Shown here: positions 1-13,726 of the stretch, piece by piece | Layout of the letters: each line of letters starts with the position of its first letter | Position numbering within the stretch: the first letter of the stretch is position 1 | Assembly (NCBI GenBank): GCA_020137815.1 | Contig: CM035362.1 | Span: forward strand, 744,001 to 808,000 | Direction: 5' to 3' | Length of the DNA: 64,000 nt | From: Hormiphora californensis | Lineage: Eukaryota > Animalia > Ctenophora | Translations under genes and position numbers: made by a program | Notes under the pieces: model-generated | Told to the model about the DNA's origin: nothing | Seen by the model: the letters and a program-made list of their open reading frames with translations, nothing else | The model's database searches: none

Positions 1-1298
1 AGAATCAATAAAAGGAAAATTGAAGATCTAGCCATGATGCTGGTAAGGACTCGGTAGCTTCGTAGTTTCAAGTTCGCATGATCCTCGAGGCTATACTATA
101 TTGATTTTCAAAGTTTGGGTCAGTCAACAATTTAGAAATATATTGAGAGAGAGGGGGGAATAATTGGGGGTTCAAAACCGAAATAAATTCCCCAAGACAT
201 CACAGAGAGAAATATATTCATTGCATGCATTATTGTCATGTTTTATAACATTGTCTTGTCGTTGTCAGGCTGTGATAGGGTTTGAGGGCGGCCTAGATGG
301 GGGGCGGGAAGCCTCGAAAGTAGAGAGAGATCTGCACTACTAGACTTGATAGGGCATGACTTGGAGCGTATCTTTCTTTAAAAAGTAGAGCTTTCACACC
401 TACTCACTAGTTTCATACTTGACCTACAATTTGTCTTGCGTTTTAGAGATCAGATCTGACTGCTGCTCAATCACATTTCACACTCAGTACTCACACAGCA
501 TTGGTCATGATTGAGAGTTATTGTAGAGAGAGAGTTCCAAATTTAGGGGGGCTGCATTCTCCCTCAAACCCTATCAAGTCTAACACCACGATATTTTCAA
601 GTAAAACAAATGCAATATTATGCAAAAACATGCAAACATTATGCAACCATTATGCAAAACAATGCAAATAACGTTTTGAGGCTGAAACAAACACAAAAAG
701 GCTAAAATTACAAAGGGATAGAGTAAAATGAAGTGAGAGAGAGAATAGCGAAGGGTAAAGACTAAAGAGAGAAAAAGTGAATGATTGAGAGATAAATATT
801 TAGGTTTATACCATGACAGACAGTATTACAAAGCTACCCAGCTAGTCAGGGACCCCCAGCTAGTAGTAACTCAACTTGTTGCTTGCTAGGAACTAATGGT
901 AAATTAATGGGGTCCTCCCCATATACCCATCAGTGTGGTTTTTGAGACATTCAAAGCAGCGCCGCGACCCTGATCTATCTACATTTCAGTGTGGGAGGGG
1001 ACAGGCAAACTTCAAATTTACAGGCAAACTAGAAATATGGTAAAACATCTACCAAGACCTAAAATAAGAAACATTGCAAAAGCCAAAAGGGTTGGGTTAG
1101 AGAAAGACATGGGCTAGGTGAATTACCAGTTCTAAGGGCTGGATGTATATTGTATAATCAAGCATATTTATTAATGAAAAGCATGGAGAGATAGAGAGAT
1201 ATAGAGTGGAGTTAAATCAGAGGGTGAACATAATGAAGTAGACTAGAAGTGAGAAATTGGTGAAAATAATATGAAATAGAGATGAAAAAACTGGGGGG

Positions 1299-1344
<46 letters not shown>

Positions 1345-1608
1345 TAGAGAAATAGATAGAGAGATAGTTGGATCAGATTTAATGAGAAGCCGAAGGGTAA
1401 AATGAGCCATGAACTTTAGTAGTTGCACATGCATGACTTCGCATGCGGTCAATTTCATGCAGCCCCTTCATACTAACAACCCCGTATCTCCCCGACCCAT
1501 TGTCCATAATTCCCCTGCTCTTTCTCTGATCTATCTCTCTCTATCTCTCTGCTCTTTACTCACTCTGTTTCTTACTCCTCTTTTCTCCAGGTCGATTGGA
1601 GGAAGTAA
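1..1608 (+). CDS. Possible 3' end of an upstream gene (exon piece 1-42 plus terminal exon 1591-1608), product unknown
   Basis: Open frame RINKRKIEDLAMML ends at a GTAAGG donor (43). A pyrimidine-tract acceptor ttttctccag at 1581-1590 gives in-phase VDWRK*. No homology recognised. Confidence 0.3.
273..576. mobile_element. Small MITE-like element
   Basis: 16-bp inverted repeats tgatagggtttgaggg (273-288) / ccctcaaaccctatca (561-576); no TSD established. Confidence 0.4.
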
Positions 1609-2412
1609 CCGCAAAACCAAATCAGTTTGAACTATTGCACGAGCCTGTCTACGCGTGACAGAGCAGCAAAATCGGAATTATAATCACTGATCAATGATCA
1701 TTGATCAGTCTGATGCTACCTGCGGCTGCAGCAATGCCTCGATCTTTGTTGAGTAAGGGGTAACAACTGAAATGCCTGGATTCTGGGTTTAGTCCGCTGC
1801 AGACACGAGCTGTAATTACCCAGGCGCTATACTGTCTAGGGTTCGCGTGCCAAAGACCCGGCCACTGCTGCTGTCGACTAACTTACAGCACCAACTGCAA
1901 GCAGTATAAAGTAGTAGTTGGGATTTGGGAAACGAAGTTTGGAGAGATAGTCCCTAGCATTTCACAACATTATAGCTCTCACTATCCTCCTTTTCTCTCC
2001 CCTTCTCCCTCTCCTTCCCCTCTATCTATATATTTGGACTGGATTCCTAACTTTCCCACTCCTATGTTTTCATTTTCCACCTCGTTTGGCTCCTCAGGAA
2101 CCTAAAAAGCTAATTTCACAAAACGGGCTCCGTCGGAAAGTCATAATAAAATTCAAATTAACGATCGAAGAAATCATATTTTCACAGGCTGTGAGAAGCC
2201 TTTTCACAGGCTGTGAGAAGCCTTGGCGCCACCATTGCATGCAACATGGTCAAGAGGAATTCAATTAGGCCAATAGGGTAAAAAATTGAGATTTGGGGAG
2301 AGAATTGAGAGAGAGAGAGAGAGAGAGAAGAGGAGAGAGAGAGAGAGAGGAGAGGGTGTTTTGGGTTTTTTGGGGTCTCTCTCTCTCTGCTCGCTTCTTC
2401 CTCTTTTTTCTC

Positions 2413-2443
<31 letters not shown>

Positions 2444-3625
2444 CCCCTTTTTTTTCCCCTTTTCCCTCCCCTTTCCTCTCTTTCTCCTTTTGTTTGCTTT
2501 CTCTTGGGGTTTCTCTGCTGCTCTCTCTCTCTCCCTTTTTTTTCCTTTCCCGTCCGGCGTTGTTGGTGTTTGGCTTGCGACCCTTTTCTTTGCTCTTTTC
2601 TTTTCAGGTCTTTGCCTTTTATCCACCCTTTTACTTTTGGGTTTTGCTTTCTTGGGTTCCCCTTTGCCCTTGGGCCTTGGTCTTTTTCCCAAATATAACC
2701 AAAGAACTTGGGTTTTTAAAAGTTTTTCACCTCGCCCCTCTTTTTAAAATTTCATATTGCAAAATTGGGGGTAGGAAAATTTTTTTTTGGGCTTTGTTTC
2801 CCTTAAGTTTTTCTTTTTTACTTTTTTAAATTCTTTAGCACACCTTACTACTAATCTGATGCCCTTTTTTCTTGCTGGTTTTTTGAGAGAAATGATTTTT
2901 TTAGAGATTTAGGTACTGTTGGTTTAGCATTATAGATGAGGGTTTTGGCACTAATACAGGTATGTTTGGGAGGAGGGTGTCATCGTAATAGCAGGTTAAA
3001 AAATAAGTTTTGATGCTAAAGTTAAGGAAAATTTCGGGGTTTTGGGGAAAAAAAGGGAGCCGGAGCGCCGAAGGTTTCTTATTCTAACGCTTTTTTTGTT
3101 TGCCCTCCCGGGGACTCCCCTTTTTTAATCCCTTTTGTCTCTAATTTCACTACTGGTTTGGGGATCTGGACATTTGCCCTTCTTTATCCATCTTCAGGCG
3201 CTAACCATCCTCTAGACACCTCCTCTTCTGGGCCTTATCAAGCTTTTCACTTTGAGAACGCGTTGGAAGTGTGAATTTTAGCAGCTACTCGGTGAGACAC
3301 TTTTCCCTCTCTTTCATCTTCATCTTCATCCCCTTCTCACTCTCATTCCTTCTTATTCATCCCATCCTTTTCTCTTCAAATTCTCTCTTATATACTTCAT
3401 ATCTCCCCTCCCTCAGTCCCTCTCGTCCCTTTCTCTTCTTATCGCTAAAAAGGTATATGACAACATATGAAATGGTGACGGGATTCTTACTAACTTTTTG
3501 CAGATGACCCACCCTCCTGCTCCACCCTATATGCATGGAATATATGTCAAAAATTTAAAGACGGCGAGAGATATTGAGAGAGAGAGAAAGGATGTTGAAG
3601 AATGAACGAGAATTTTAAGTATTGA

Positions 3626-3718
3626 CCCTTCAAGTTTTTTCTTAAGCATTTAAATATGGTGATGGCAAGATCTCTAGCCACAACCAAATTTAAATGCATA
3701 ACAAAATACTTGAAGGGC
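3626..3718. repeat. Imperfect palindrome / foldback hairpin
   Basis: Nested inverted arms cccttcaagt...acttgaaggg, gcatttaaat...atttaaatgc and tggc...gcca. Confidence 0.6.
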
Positions 3719-5356
3719 CCTCTTTGGTCTACAGCTCTAGGTTTAGGAGAGACCCAATGATTTTGGTTGCTTACGAGAAACGTGGGATAGGCTACTTGGC
3801 GGGGTAGAGCATTAGAGATACAGATGTGGTCATCGTGGGAGTCGACTACAGGCTACAGGCTACTATGTTTTGGGGCAGCCTGGGAGAGATGTGGTCATTC
3901 GCTGAGTAGCCAGGTATATGTGGAAATCAGCCAAGTAAAGAGCTACTCAATCAAGGTTTAAAGTTTAGAACTGCAAGCTAATATGTCAGCGACTAGGCAA
4001 ACCTATTTGTTCCAAGATTTACGAGACTTCCCGCCGTTATACCAGGGCCATATGTTCATTAAAATGAACGGCAAAAAAGAACGGCATATTTCACGGCGTG
4101 CAGAATATATGCAGTTGGAAAGATGCTAAATAAATTCGGCGACAACATTAAATTTCCAGAGGTAATACGGGGGAAGTTTCGCACTAAATATTATATTGAT
4201 AAACGTTATTATCACGGCTAATGCAATGGGGCCCTTCCCGGGATTAATTGGGACATTTTGGGAGATAAGTGTGCACAGGTGCTGCAATGCATGGACCGTG
4301 AAATAATTTCTCTCTTTCTAGGTGCATCCCAGATTCTCAGCTTCATTACTAGTGACCCAACAGAGACAGAAGAAGAGTCTGTCTGGGTTTCTCTCTCCAA
4401 CATCTAATCGCCATGAGCCATCCAACCCTCTCACTCACATTCCTCCCATGTTCCCCTACTGTATTTTACTATTTTACCCACATGTTTTTTCGATGAACTA
4501 ATAAACGTGATTGTTCAAAAACCACATAAATCGAAATATTCAATGAATATAATAATTCATAATCATATCGAAAAGAGAAGGAGGGGGTATAATTGAAGTC
4601 AGCGTATAAAATGGATAACCGAGCATTGAAGTTTCTAAAATAGAGAAAATACTAAAAAGGATTCCAGCAATAAGCAACGCCTGACGCCACAAGTCGCAAC
4701 AGCTTCAATCGATATCGTCATATCGAGGCGAGGTTTACTGAAACTAAAAGGGCCCATCAAGGGGTCCTTGGTTCTATTTCTGGTTTCTACAGGAGCCATG
4801 TTTTAATTTAGAAGGGGCCTGTCTACCTTTTTCCTAAAATATACTGATATGCCCATAATCTGCAGGGTTAGTGGATGGGCTACTAAATTGCTACTCCTGC
4901 ACGCACACCGCGAAATGCAGGAGAAAAAAGATAAAAAGATAGCTGTCACACAGGGTTAGACAGCATATGATGATCATGTGTGAATTAGTGAACTCATAAA
5001 TATAATATCACTTAGTTGAAGAACACGATGGGGGGAAGAAGTTATGCGAAATCATGCGTGCAGCAGCAGCAGCATGAGTTAGAGAGTTCCTCATCTTTCT
5101 CTCTCTCTCTTTGCGTGCTCTCGATGTATCTGCTTCCTCATGGGAGATACTAGTGAGGTCGGGTCGAGTTCGATCTCGAAGCTAGAGAGCATCGATAGTA
5201 GGCATCCTAACTGAGACTGCAGCAGGTCATGACCAGACTCAGAAGAGTAACATCGACTCGTCACGAATGATACGAGAAGCATGCTGACCATCCTAGTCCG
5301 AGTAGAGGCGCAGTCTACGAGTCCATCGGCTCGAGTCTCTTCTCTCTCTCTCTCTC

Positions 5357-5392
<36 letters not shown>

Positions 5393-8225
5393 CTATCCCT
5401 CTCTCTCTATCTATCTCTCTATCTCTCTCTCTCTCTATCTGATTGATGAGTGGCTGTCAGTTCTACTGAACCGTCCCCTCCTCTCCTTCTCCTCATCCCA
5501 CATCTCTCTCCCATATTTTGGCCGCATGTTATCGCCCCCTCCAGATTCCTCTCTTTTCCTCTCTCAATTTAGTTAAAGTAACAATCTCTTTCCTCTTCGC
5601 AAGGATTTCTTGCAGACATGGTAACAAGAGTTCCACGTCTGTAGCGCCCCATCATCATTCTCACTCGACCGAGGCCCTCATTCTCCCTCATGCTCAACAG
5701 CTCTTTCTTCCATCCCCCTCGAGTCTTTTCTCCTCATTTCGTATCTATTTCCGGCTCATTAGGCAGATCCTTTCTCCCATACCGCGCTGAGACCCTGCAA
5801 ACGCGGTCCAGTGTTAAGTGAGCTCCCTAAAATAATCTACCATTCAATAAGACTATCGTAGAGGATGAGAGTCTTCATTGATATAAGAAGAAGAAGGAAG
5901 CTGAAGGAGTGTTGAGTGACAATGAATGATCAGAATGACTAATTCATATCTTTATCTCAGGTTATAACACGAACCAGTGATAAGAATTATATGCGGAAAC
6001 TGTGGTCACTTTCGCCAAATAATGGCGTGCCCTAACTAACAAACCCGGTCATGAGTACCTACAGTCATGGAGGGGTCATCAACTAATAATTCTAGTGGAT
6101 GAGGTATAATATAACTTTGTGATTTATATGAAGTGTTGTACTGTTCTTACGAAGTTGGTGTTCTTATAGCTAGTTTCAATCAGGGGTTCACGCCCATGGC
6201 AGTTACCGCACTATTGCAGTTATGGACCGTACTATTACCACTATATTTACAGTGTTGACAGCTTTCGTCTCCAAACTATAGGAGCTGTATCTAGCTGTCA
6301 ACTCCTTGTATATTGTACCAAGTCAACAGCTCTTTTAGATATTGTACTTAGTATTGTAGCGGCCGTTTAACATTGATGCAGCTGCACTATTATACTAGGT
6401 CGATTTCTATCTTGTATCGTCCATAGATTCACTGCAGCGGTACCGAACCCCCTGCAGACAACCCCATGAGTTTATAATTGACTGCTCAAGTTACTATGGG
6501 TCATGCCACTAACTATTGGTAACCATGGCAACATTGCAGTGACCATGGCAACACGATTCCTGAAAGATTCCAGACAGGTCAATTGAGCAGTTAAGTCGCG
6601 GCGGCGGGACGCCTAGTTAGAGCTAACTGCATTTTACTGGTTTCTGTAGATAGAAACAATATTCAATCTCTCCTTAGTTAACGTAACAATCTTTCTTTTA
6701 CTCTCTTTAGTTAAAGTAACGATCTCACTCTATTGAAGGGGAAAGAGCTGAAAGCCCAGACATTAATAAGCTATAAAGGATTTAGTAAGGTTCCCTTTCT
6801 ATAGTCAGTTCAGTCTCTGGTAAGTGATATTAGCCCCATTGCTCTGTTGTAACTTTTCAAGAGTCAGCCCAGCTATATTCCCTAGTAATGTCATACACAC
6901 CCCTAATTGAAACCTATAATTACGACCCATGCGTGTGTATAATTATGTAGCATCATTATATCAGTTGAATAGTCATTATTTCGGATATTTTGGGCTCCCT
7001 CGCGAGGCAGGTCCGCCATCCGGCCAAATAATCATAATAAAAATACGGGACGAACGGTTCAAAATACCAACAAAGTACAAACCATCATTATTTTGAGAAA
7101 AAGTTTAATTTGTTTTCTGTTTTGCAATTTGATTCGTGCAGAATGGTGGTTTTCTTTGTCTCAGCGAATCTTCACATCTCAGTCGTACCTTTCTCTACCA
7201 ATTACATTCATCAAAATCAAGAAAATTACCCATTGTCCACTTTAATTTTGGGCTTTGTGTAAAGATAAAAGAAGGGGGTGAGAGATCAAAATATTAGTGA
7301 AAGATGGAGAGATGAGACTTTCCATGAGAGCTGAGACTGAGATGGGTTTCTGGTTTCAAGGTGGGGATCACCACACCTCTCTTATCTCCTTGTGTGTTAA
7401 TCCAATTGGAGCCAAAAGGACAGTGCCCGCCATATTTTTTGTGCCCGCCATACCTTTGCCACTTTGCTGCAGTTATAGGTACTTTTTATTTCGAGTTTTA
7501 CAACTGTTCTTCAATCTTCATCGAGTCTCCCAAAATCATTTTAAATTATATGTACCCGCAGGCGTGGTGGTATAATTTAACATGATTTTGGGAGACAGGC
7601 CCTGCGCAGGGTGGCATGTATTTTTTTCCTTTTTTGACCCCCAACCCCCCCCCCCCCCCCACCCTGGCTCCCACCCTGGCTCCCATCCTCAGAGCTGTAG
7701 TTGTCTCCGACAAGGTGTGTTTCATTCTAGATTCGATCATGGAAATGTAGTGCTCGCCCGACTGTGACACAAGTAATAAGGTTAATATTGTAGTCTCCAC
7801 ATGATGGCATTGCAAACCATGGCTATAGAACTTTCTCGAGAGCCGAGAGTACTCCATGATGTAATTCTCGTTGTCCTTTTGGTATCACGACACTTGAGAA
7901 ACTGCCGAACCCTCACAGAGCAGTGTGAGCCACACAATTATTGGTTTGGTTAGGGTTAGGTATTCTAAATGGCCCAGTGTCACTCAACCCCGGCTAAAGT
8001 GCACTTTAGACGGGATTTAGTGATGGACTGTTGAATAATTAGGTGTTTCTGAAAGCAATATACTTCTGAGAGCAATATACTTTTATACTGTAACGGCTGT
8101 TTACTGTTGACAGTCAGTATCAACAGAATATCAGTTTCCAAAAGTAGAGTCCTACAACTAGTTTCGTGTTCTTGTGTGGTAATATAGTTATCATATTGTG
8201 TTGATTCAGTCCATCAAGTCACTAA

Positions 8226-8452
8226 ATCTGGATCTAAGTAGGAAATGCACCGCAACTTGATTGGATCTAGTAACTCAGTACTAAAGTCCGTTTCAAGCGA
8301 CTTGACCCGTAATTCTTGGAATTTGGCGCATTGCGCGTGTATTTACAAAGGGGAAATCCTGAATTTCCAGGAATCTCAGGTCAAGTCGTTTGAAACGCAC
8401 TTTACTAAATTACCAGATCTAATCAAGGTGCATTTCCTACTTAGATCCAGAT
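8226..8452. mobile_element. Foldback MITE-like element about 200 bp upstream of the 5'-nucleotidase ATG
   Basis: atctggatctaagtaggaaatgcacc / ggtgcatttcctacttagatccagat plus further inner inverted blocks. Confidence 0.65.
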
Positions 8453-8655
8453 ACACACACGTGTACCACGTACATTGTAGCAGTTTGAGAGGTTGTTTTG
8501 TAACTTTGTGTTGACGGTACAAAATGCTGCAATTATAAACTAGTGATAGGACTAGTGATGGCCGACTAGGCCGTGAGATTGTTGCTGTAATACTGTTGTT
8601 AGCTTTTGTATTGTTGCTCTTTTCCTAAACAGTATTATAAATCTACCAGGGGAGC

Positions 8656-11600
8656 ATGTTACTGATTTTGGGTGTCCTTGTCTCCTCTCTGGTAATTCAT
8701 CACGTGGAGAGTTTTCAACTGAACATCTACCACACCAATGATATCCATGCTAGATACAATGAGCGGGGCCCTACAGAGGGCGGCAAGTGCAAGGGTAGGT
8801 ATATAGCTGCTGTACCGTGTATATCAGGGAGTGGGCATGATTCAATTGTGGCTGCATTCGAATCATTATCTCCTTGATTCACAGTTTTGGAATTTCTTTT
8901 GAAAACCATTTACATACTGAAATTGAGAGTTCACTGATCACTACGGTGGTTGTTTCCTTTCGGGTGTTTCTTTGAGTATTGTTAATATCACGACACACAT
9001 GTATTTCAGATCCAGGGAACTGCTACGGAGGGATGGCACGTCATGCCACATTCTTCAAGAACCACGTAGACCCCTCCGCAAACAACCTTATCCTATCTGC
9101 TGGTGATTGGTTCACAGGTAGTTGATAGATTTAGAATCAGTTTTTGTCGATAACGAACCTCAGACTACTTTAAATGTCTGACTCAGACTATTTCATATTC
9201 ATTTCTGCAAGATCAGTAGGCCTTAGCCTTGTCTACCAAGAGCTTTTTGAGCTCACTTATTATGTTCTAACCTTCCTTTACATTTGTGGGGTGCGGTGAA
9301 ACAGGGTCCTGGGTCGGGCAAGGCAAAAGCTCACATCATTTACCTCTCTCCCCATCTATAGGTACAACGTACTTTAGTGTTTACCAGGGTAACCTCACTG
9401 CCTACTACCTCAACCAATTCAACTATGACGCTTGGGCCCTTGGTAATCACGAGTTTGATAAAGGAGCAGACAATTTGGCTAGGGTTGTTGGGTTATTGGA
9501 GGGATCAGGCACACAAGTGGTAGCCGCTAATATCAACGTAAAATCACCGGTAACTGCTCCTTCATAAAATACTTTATTGCACCTTCATCAATCCAAATCC
9601 CCGAGTTAACCACAAACTATCTCTCTTCTAGTTAAGTGATAGGTTGAAAGTGGAGAAATACCTCAAGAAGGTATTTACTAATGCTAATGATCAATCTACC
9701 TCGACTACTGTGGGAGTTATAGGATATATTATACCGGAAACCAGGTTAGGATAGTTACCCGATTAGGATATTATAATGATCTTGGTTTCTAGTTGCAGTT
9801 AATCGCTCGGTTTCTTGGAAATTTGATCGTCGCGTACATTGCGTTCGAATCCAAGCCTAATTAGGTATGGTTAAACAGTATCTAACAGAGCATTGGCCTG
9901 TCAGATCTAAGTTAGATTAGTTAGTACTAACTAATCTAACTTAGATCTGACAGGCCAATGCTCTGTTAGATATTGTTTAACCATACTACTGTAATAACTC
10001 AGAGCAAATGCCAAAAACAAGGTATACTTGTTAGTTTTTAAATCAATTTTTTAAATTTTGTTTCCGTCATCTCACCTTCAGCACAACAATTTGAAGGGCC
10101 AGTATTAAAATAACCGCACTTGCAGAGGCCAAATTACCCCGTCCTACCCTACGGGTTTAATATTTTCACCGCGTTAGTAGCTGTCACCTGACTAACTACT
10201 CATTTCCGGTTTACCCTCTAACCATCAAGAATAGGACCATTTTAGAAGCATTTAAGCTCAATTTTAGTAGGCAGTTTGATTTTCATAGGCTGTGAAAATA
10301 TAACTACTTGCAGTTTAGTGCCCACTCGAGGGACTACTTTCCGTTTCAGGAAAACGGTTTAGCAGCTTAGTGGGAAATTATGGATATTATATACTTCGTG
10401 GGATATCAAGCTATGCTAAATTTATTATGCTATGCTTGATTTTATACCATGAGAATTTAATAAAGAAACATGAATTATTTAACTTCCCCACACCCCAGCC
10501 CTCTGATTCCTTATCTGATCGCCCATATCCCATTACCCAGTTATCTGAGCAGCCCGGGTGACAGTGTTGAGTTTAGCCCGATAATAGACGCAGTGAGAGT
10601 GGCTGCAAAGGAGTTAGTTGCAGATGGAGTGGATATAATTGTTGCACTTGGACACTCAGGTAACAGTAACACCCTAATTACTAGCTCAGGTAACACACTC
10701 GGTTACCACAATATGGTATGGGCCTGACTCAGTCAGTGGTCAGTGGTAAGTCACATTATTAATGTGGTAACCATGGTTACCACATTACAAGTATGACTTT
10801 CTAACAGCATCACATGACCTCTTACTCCTGAGTCTCAATGGGTATAATACCTCAGAACTGCATTCCCTCCCTCCAGGTATCAGTATGGATATTCAGATTT
10901 GCCAGGAGGTAGATGAGGTAGATGTGGTTGTTGGAGGGCACAGTAACACTTTCCTTTATAATGGAGATTACCCAGAGGGGGCAGTAGTCAAGGAGTCGGT
11001 GAGTTGTTTCTATTCCTCTGCAAGTTTCAAGTCTCAGTTACAATGTGTTACAATACCAATAGACGTCTAGTTCACGTGCTATATATTCCTTGGACGTCTC
11101 GTTATCACATGCTTTATTCCAATTGTAGAGGTACGGGCAGTACCCCCTCGAGTATACCCACAGTAACGGAGACCCCTGTCTGGTGGTTCAAGACTTTGCT
11201 TATGGAAAGTTCATGGGAAATCTGAGTGTGACATTTGATGATGATGGCAAGGTAAGTATTACTTCAAGATCAGTTATTATTTCTGCATTCAATCTTTCTG
11301 AAGACAGTTGCATCAGTGTAACTTCAGTCACTTTGTTTGTTGTTCGACGCTGTAGAAGATCAGATCCTCTGCTGCAACAGGGTCATCGCATCTTGTGTGT
11401 CAGCTCCTAGCTCTATCTGATCTGTATTCTGTACACAGGTTGTTGGTCAGTGTGTCTCACATTCCTTAAACAGGTAACGGGGTATGAGGGGAACCCTGTT
11501 CTACTGTGGACCAACATTGAGCAAGATGAGGACACACTCACAAAACAGGCAGTGTATGATGAAGAGGTCGAGAAATACGCTAAAGTTGTTGTTGGCTACA

Positions 11601-13726
11601 CAGGAAGAGATTTGGTGGGAGAACGATCAATTTGCAGGTTTGTTGCCCACAGCTGTTCTGCACAGAAATTGTAAACTTTAATATTGAGCTAGTGAACCAA
11701 TATTTCAGTAGAATGACACACTGTCTATATTTCATTCAAGAGAGATCATGATTTCCAAAGTTCCAAAGTATCACTAGGATGTCTGGTAGTATTTCACTAT
11801 CAAGATCATTGATGTCAAGATCATTGATGTCTCCTTTATAACAGGACAAGAGAGTGTGAGCTGGGAAATATCGGAGCAGATGCATATCTTGCTGAGTACA
11901 GGGAGAAGGATACATCTGTAGTGTGTGCTCTCTGCGGTTCAGGTACATACTAAAATAAATAGAGATCTAATGGCTAATTGATAACCTACTATAAGACGCT
12001 AGTACCATATCATTCAAGTTTCCACGCTTCATATTTGTCTCATCATAGTATGATCATACTTCGATATTTTATAAAATAACATCATCTGCATCATTTAACT
12101 GTCTCAGTGTATGATATTATCATTTGATAATGGTGACGCATTGACGCGCCATGATATTATATCAAGTTGTCATTATCATTTATCTGATAATGATAAATAA
12201 TGGTGACGTGCCTTTACTTTAACCGTGTAATGGCTTATCAAGTTGATTACACGGTTAAAGTTGGGGGTTTTTTTCGCTAAGTTGTTCATGACGACTTGTT
12301 GAGTCCCCGCGGTGTTCTTGAAACCATGTGTTTATCTAGTAACTTGAAAGTTTAATGGCTAAACCACTGGATACCCACATGCGTCACACCTTGACTGCAC
12401 CTTTATACTGGTTTAATCAGTATAAAGGTGGTCAAGGTGTGACGCATGTGGGTATCTAGCTAGCATTGATTTTAATTTTAAGGGAAGGTGGTCAACCATT
12501 CAACTAGATTTAAAGCGTATATCTTTCTACTAATTTTCACTAAATTGATATAGCATCATCTCTTGTACAATAATATAGTGCATTCCCCTTTAAACTTGTC
12601 GATCAGTAACCCCTTACTCAACTAAAGGTGGTATTAGAACAAGTATAGATGAAGGAAACATCACATACGCTGACGTACTAGAGGTCTTTCCATTTGGAAA
12701 CACCATTGATAGGGGGGAACTGAGTGGTACTGTGATAAGAGAGGCGTTGGAGTGGGGAGTTATGAATTTTACTGGAATAGGAGAGAATGATGAAGGAAGG
12801 TAAGTGCAGATTCTGTGTATATAACAATCAAATAAACCTCAACCCGGTAGTTGGTAAATAGCATGATAATCTGCACAGTGCACAACCATGATTGCAAACA
12901 CAAGAAACACACACAGTACACACACTTTCCTATATCAGGTATTTGCAAGTGGCTGGACTGAAGGTATGGTACAATGTATCAGAACCAGCTGGGAACAGAG
13001 TCATGTACGTGCAGATCCAGGATGAAAATGGTAAATTTAGATTTGCTGAGACTGATATATTGCTTCGTAGTAAAGCGAAGTTTGAATGAAATCAATACTT
13101 GATCAGACTCAGAAACTGTTTCCCATTTATTCCCTCCCTAATTCAGCTCCCCGCTAGGTGATTACAGTAAATTGGATGATGGCAAGAATTACCAGTGTGC
13201 CAGCAACAACTATCTCTTTGCAGGCGGAGACGGGTAAGTCTAAGTACACGTGATCTGATTTTCTCCGTGGCAATTATAGCTACCTAATTCATGGTTCCAT
13301 GAGAGAGTTTACAAATCATGACGTCGATATTTATCCAGGTTTTTGATGCTCAAGAACGTTGAATCGGTATCAGGACGGCCTGACATTGCAGTTTTAGTTG
13401 ACTTCCTGGAGAAGCACAACCCCCTTGATCAGTAAGTTTTGGGCCAAGATGTATCACACTAAATCAACCCAGTAGTACTAGTAACAGCACAATAACTGTA
13501 CTTAACTACAGTTTGGCGTGGGAGATTATGTTGTGCTGCTTATTGAATATCTTTATCAGGTCCTGTCCCCTCCTAACTCCACCCTTCCACCCCACTCAGA
13601 TATGAAGGAATCCAGGTGATACCTGAGCGTTCATTCTTCAATCAGACCCCACCAGATAACGGTGTTATTGGCTGGAACCTGCCAATCTATATCTTCCTAT
13701 TGACAATTAGCATACAGCTGTTATAA
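8656..13726 (+). CDS. NT5E: Ecto-5'-nucleotidase (CD73/apyrase family), signal peptide and GPI-anchor signal, 13 coding exons
   Basis: Exons approx. 8656-8794, 9010-9117, 9362-9549, 9632-9744, 10541-10659, 10877-10998, 11129-11251, 11474-11637, 11845-11942, 12628-12799, 12939-13030, 13158-13232, 13339-13430, 13600-13726 (14 segments as read, GT-AG, phase-consistent). Motifs HTNDIH, AGDW, GNHEFD, LGHSG, GGHSNT, GGIR, FPFGN, GGDG; hydrophobic C-terminus. Confidence 0.93.
9865..9986. repeat. 122-bp near-perfect palindrome in a nucleotidase intron
   Basis: gtatggttaaac...ttagt|actaa...gtttaaccatac, centred at 9925/9926, one mismatch, no spacer. Confidence 0.9.
12367..12459. repeat. About 93-bp near-perfect hairpin in a nucleotidase intron
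   Basis: gatacccacatgcgtcacaccttgac...ctttatactg / cagtataaagg...gtcaaggtgtgacgcatgtgggtatc. Confidence 0.85.

Noticed and set aside
2261-3130. Long Phe/Leu/Ser and Lys/Arg/Glu ORFs
   Set aside because: Translations of (GA)/(CT) microsatellite and T-biased, apparently low-quality consensus sequence.
5090-5340. Odd-composition segment between microsatellites
   Set aside because: No ORF, motif or structure supported; may be low-quality consensus.
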